Positions 62,460 to 64,000 of a stretch of 64,000 bases of DNA are shown here, piece after piece. The notes under the pieces were generated by a model. The model ran no database searches. It was not told where the DNA came from and saw nothing but the letters and a program-made list of their open reading frames with translations. Each line of letters opens with the position of its first letter. The stretch's first letter is position 1. Position numbers and translations under genes: made by a program. The DNA comes from Camelus ferus (taxonomy: Eukaryota), in the NCBI RefSeq assembly GCF_009834535.1, contig NC_045705.1:13020001-13084000 (forward strand). The letters run 5' to 3'.

Positions 62460-62600
62460 CGCTAACCACTGTATGTGCTTTATGTCATTGAACATTGACG
62501 ACTGTATGAAGCAGGTGTAGCCTCATTTTGCAAAAGAGAAAACTGAGACTCAGAGAAGCTATATAATTTTATAAGAACTGACATCTAGTAAATACTAACC
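62460..62600 (-). mobile_element. MIR SINE
   Basis: cctcattttgcaaaagagaaaactgagactcagagaagct. Confidence 0.75.
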
Positions 62601-62619
62601 CAGCCTAGACAAGCTTCCT

Positions 62620-63330
62620 TCTCCTTTGTAGTAAGCTGTCTCCTCAACACCAGCATCCAATTACTACCCCAACAGAGCAACCATTCTTATACCTCCGTTC
62701 TCTTTTGTCATACGCATATTTTTCTTACAGTTGGCACAAATGTAATTTTATTTTTTACTCTTCTCCTAATATTATTTTAAAAATAATATTACTAATGAAG
62801 TTATTGTTATTATCCTTCTTGGCAGACAAATGGTACCACTGAGTGACTTCCCCCCATTTTTTTATGTTAATATTGTCCCTGAATTTTTTGTAATAATGGA
62901 TAGTATCAAAACACCAAAAAAAGAATGTGCATATAGTATTTTACTGCCTTCGAAAAATTTCATTGGAAAAATGATCAAAACACAAGATGTCTGCTAAGTT
63001 ATATAAAATGTTTCATGGTCTTGATAGATATTGACAAATTATTTTTTAAATGTGTTATATCTTTTTATTGGGTGACCAATGATGAGTGCACACGCTTTTT
63101 CCATAGTTTTGTGGCATTGTATATTTCTACTTTTAATTGTTAAGTTAATGAATGTAAAACCAACGCTCTGTTTTTCAATTTGTATTTCTTTAATTGTTTA
63201 TTAAGATTATTTGCACATTCTTGTTTAATATTTCTACTTTTCTGAATTATACACTTGTGCTCTTTATCCATCTATCCACTGTAATCTTGATTTTTTTATT
63301 GATTGATATTTTTCCAACAAAATATTTTTT
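62620..63330 (-). mobile_element. Old L1ME-type 3' region
   Basis: ctaccccaacagagcaaccattctt...ttgtatttctttaattgtttattaagattatttgcacattcttg. Confidence 0.6.
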
Positions 63331-64000
63331 CTGATTTGCATTTGTATAAACAGTACTATAAGCTGTTGTCTCTGCTTTCAGCTGCAAAATTTAAGAGATT
63401 ATATTACAGATTAAATTTTTTTTACAGGAGATAGAGGTAACTGAGTTTTTTTTTTTTTAAGGGATAATACTTTTCAGACAAATTATTTTGCTAGATCAAA
63501 GTTTTCCTTGTTTTATTGAATATACCCTCAATATGCATCACTAGGTCCTCTGTGACATTTTTTTCCAGGTTGACTCATTTCTTATGAAATTCTCTAAAAT
63601 TCATAAATAAAATGACTTACACTGGCACCTAACCATTTTGTGTAAGTAATGCTTCAAAACAAAATACATTTAAAAATCCATAGACATTTTTAAAGAACTG
63701 TTCATTTATTGAATTGAAAACAGTGCTGAATTGTACATTTCATGGTTAGATACTGTTTTTCTAGAAGAGGAATATTAGTCTGTAAATTAGTATTTGCATA
63801 GTTTTAACAAACCTGTGATTTTTCATTTTACCTCAAACTGGACCCATCTCCCCCCAAGTCTCTTTATCGATAGTGTATGACAGCTTCAAATGTATCAGGG
63901 CATCAATTAACTACCTCATAACTTATAGTAACACCACTCCTCTCCTAAATCCTTGGATGTGAATGTTAATTAAGCAATTAGAGGCACAGGGGACGATTGC

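Noticed and set aside
1-64000. The short ORFs in the six-frame track as protein-coding genes
   Set aside because: All are 134 aa or shorter, many start at non-ATG codons, many overlap TEs, simple repeats or N-gaps, and none resembles a protein I recognise apart from L1 ORF2 and Tigger remnants.
1-64000. Prokaryotic systems (CRISPR array, operon, defence island, prophage)
   Set aside because: The sequence is mammalian (MIR, L2, L1, MaLR), with no repeat-spacer arrays or dense ORFs.

Overview
This is AT-rich, repeat-dense placental mammal genomic DNA, not prokaryotic. It is almost certainly camelid (camel, llama or alpaca), because it carries three copies of the tRNA-derived Vic-1-type SINE and I see no ruminant or pig SINEs. 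It comes from a gapped draft assembly with four N-runs of 147-180 bp. I recognise no protein-coding gene. The only ORF-track peptides with recognisable homology are decayed transposon pieces (L1 ORF2 and the Tigger7 transposase N-terminus). The window is intronic or intergenic and consists of MIR, L2, L1 of several ages, MaLR/ERVL solo LTRs, Tigger and hAT DNA transposons, and microsatellites. The non-repeat islands carry candidate regulatory elements: a FOX/UPRE/TATA cassette with a possible first exon (~2.5-2.7 kb), a CTCF motif (3.2 kb), an X-box/2xCCAAT/GC-box promoter abutting a gap (24.8 kb), and an ETS/IRF cluster with a candidate exon (38.5-40 kb). The best-supported structural curiosities are a twin-primed (5'-inverted) L1 with target-site duplication and primer microhomology, a Tigger7 nested in an MLT2 LTR, and a perfect 25-bp duplication of a STAT-type palindrome. 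I found no convincing novel multi-component biological system. Repeat family names come from recalled consensus sequences, not from a RepeatMasker run, and boundaries are approximate unless a target-site duplication (TSD) is given.
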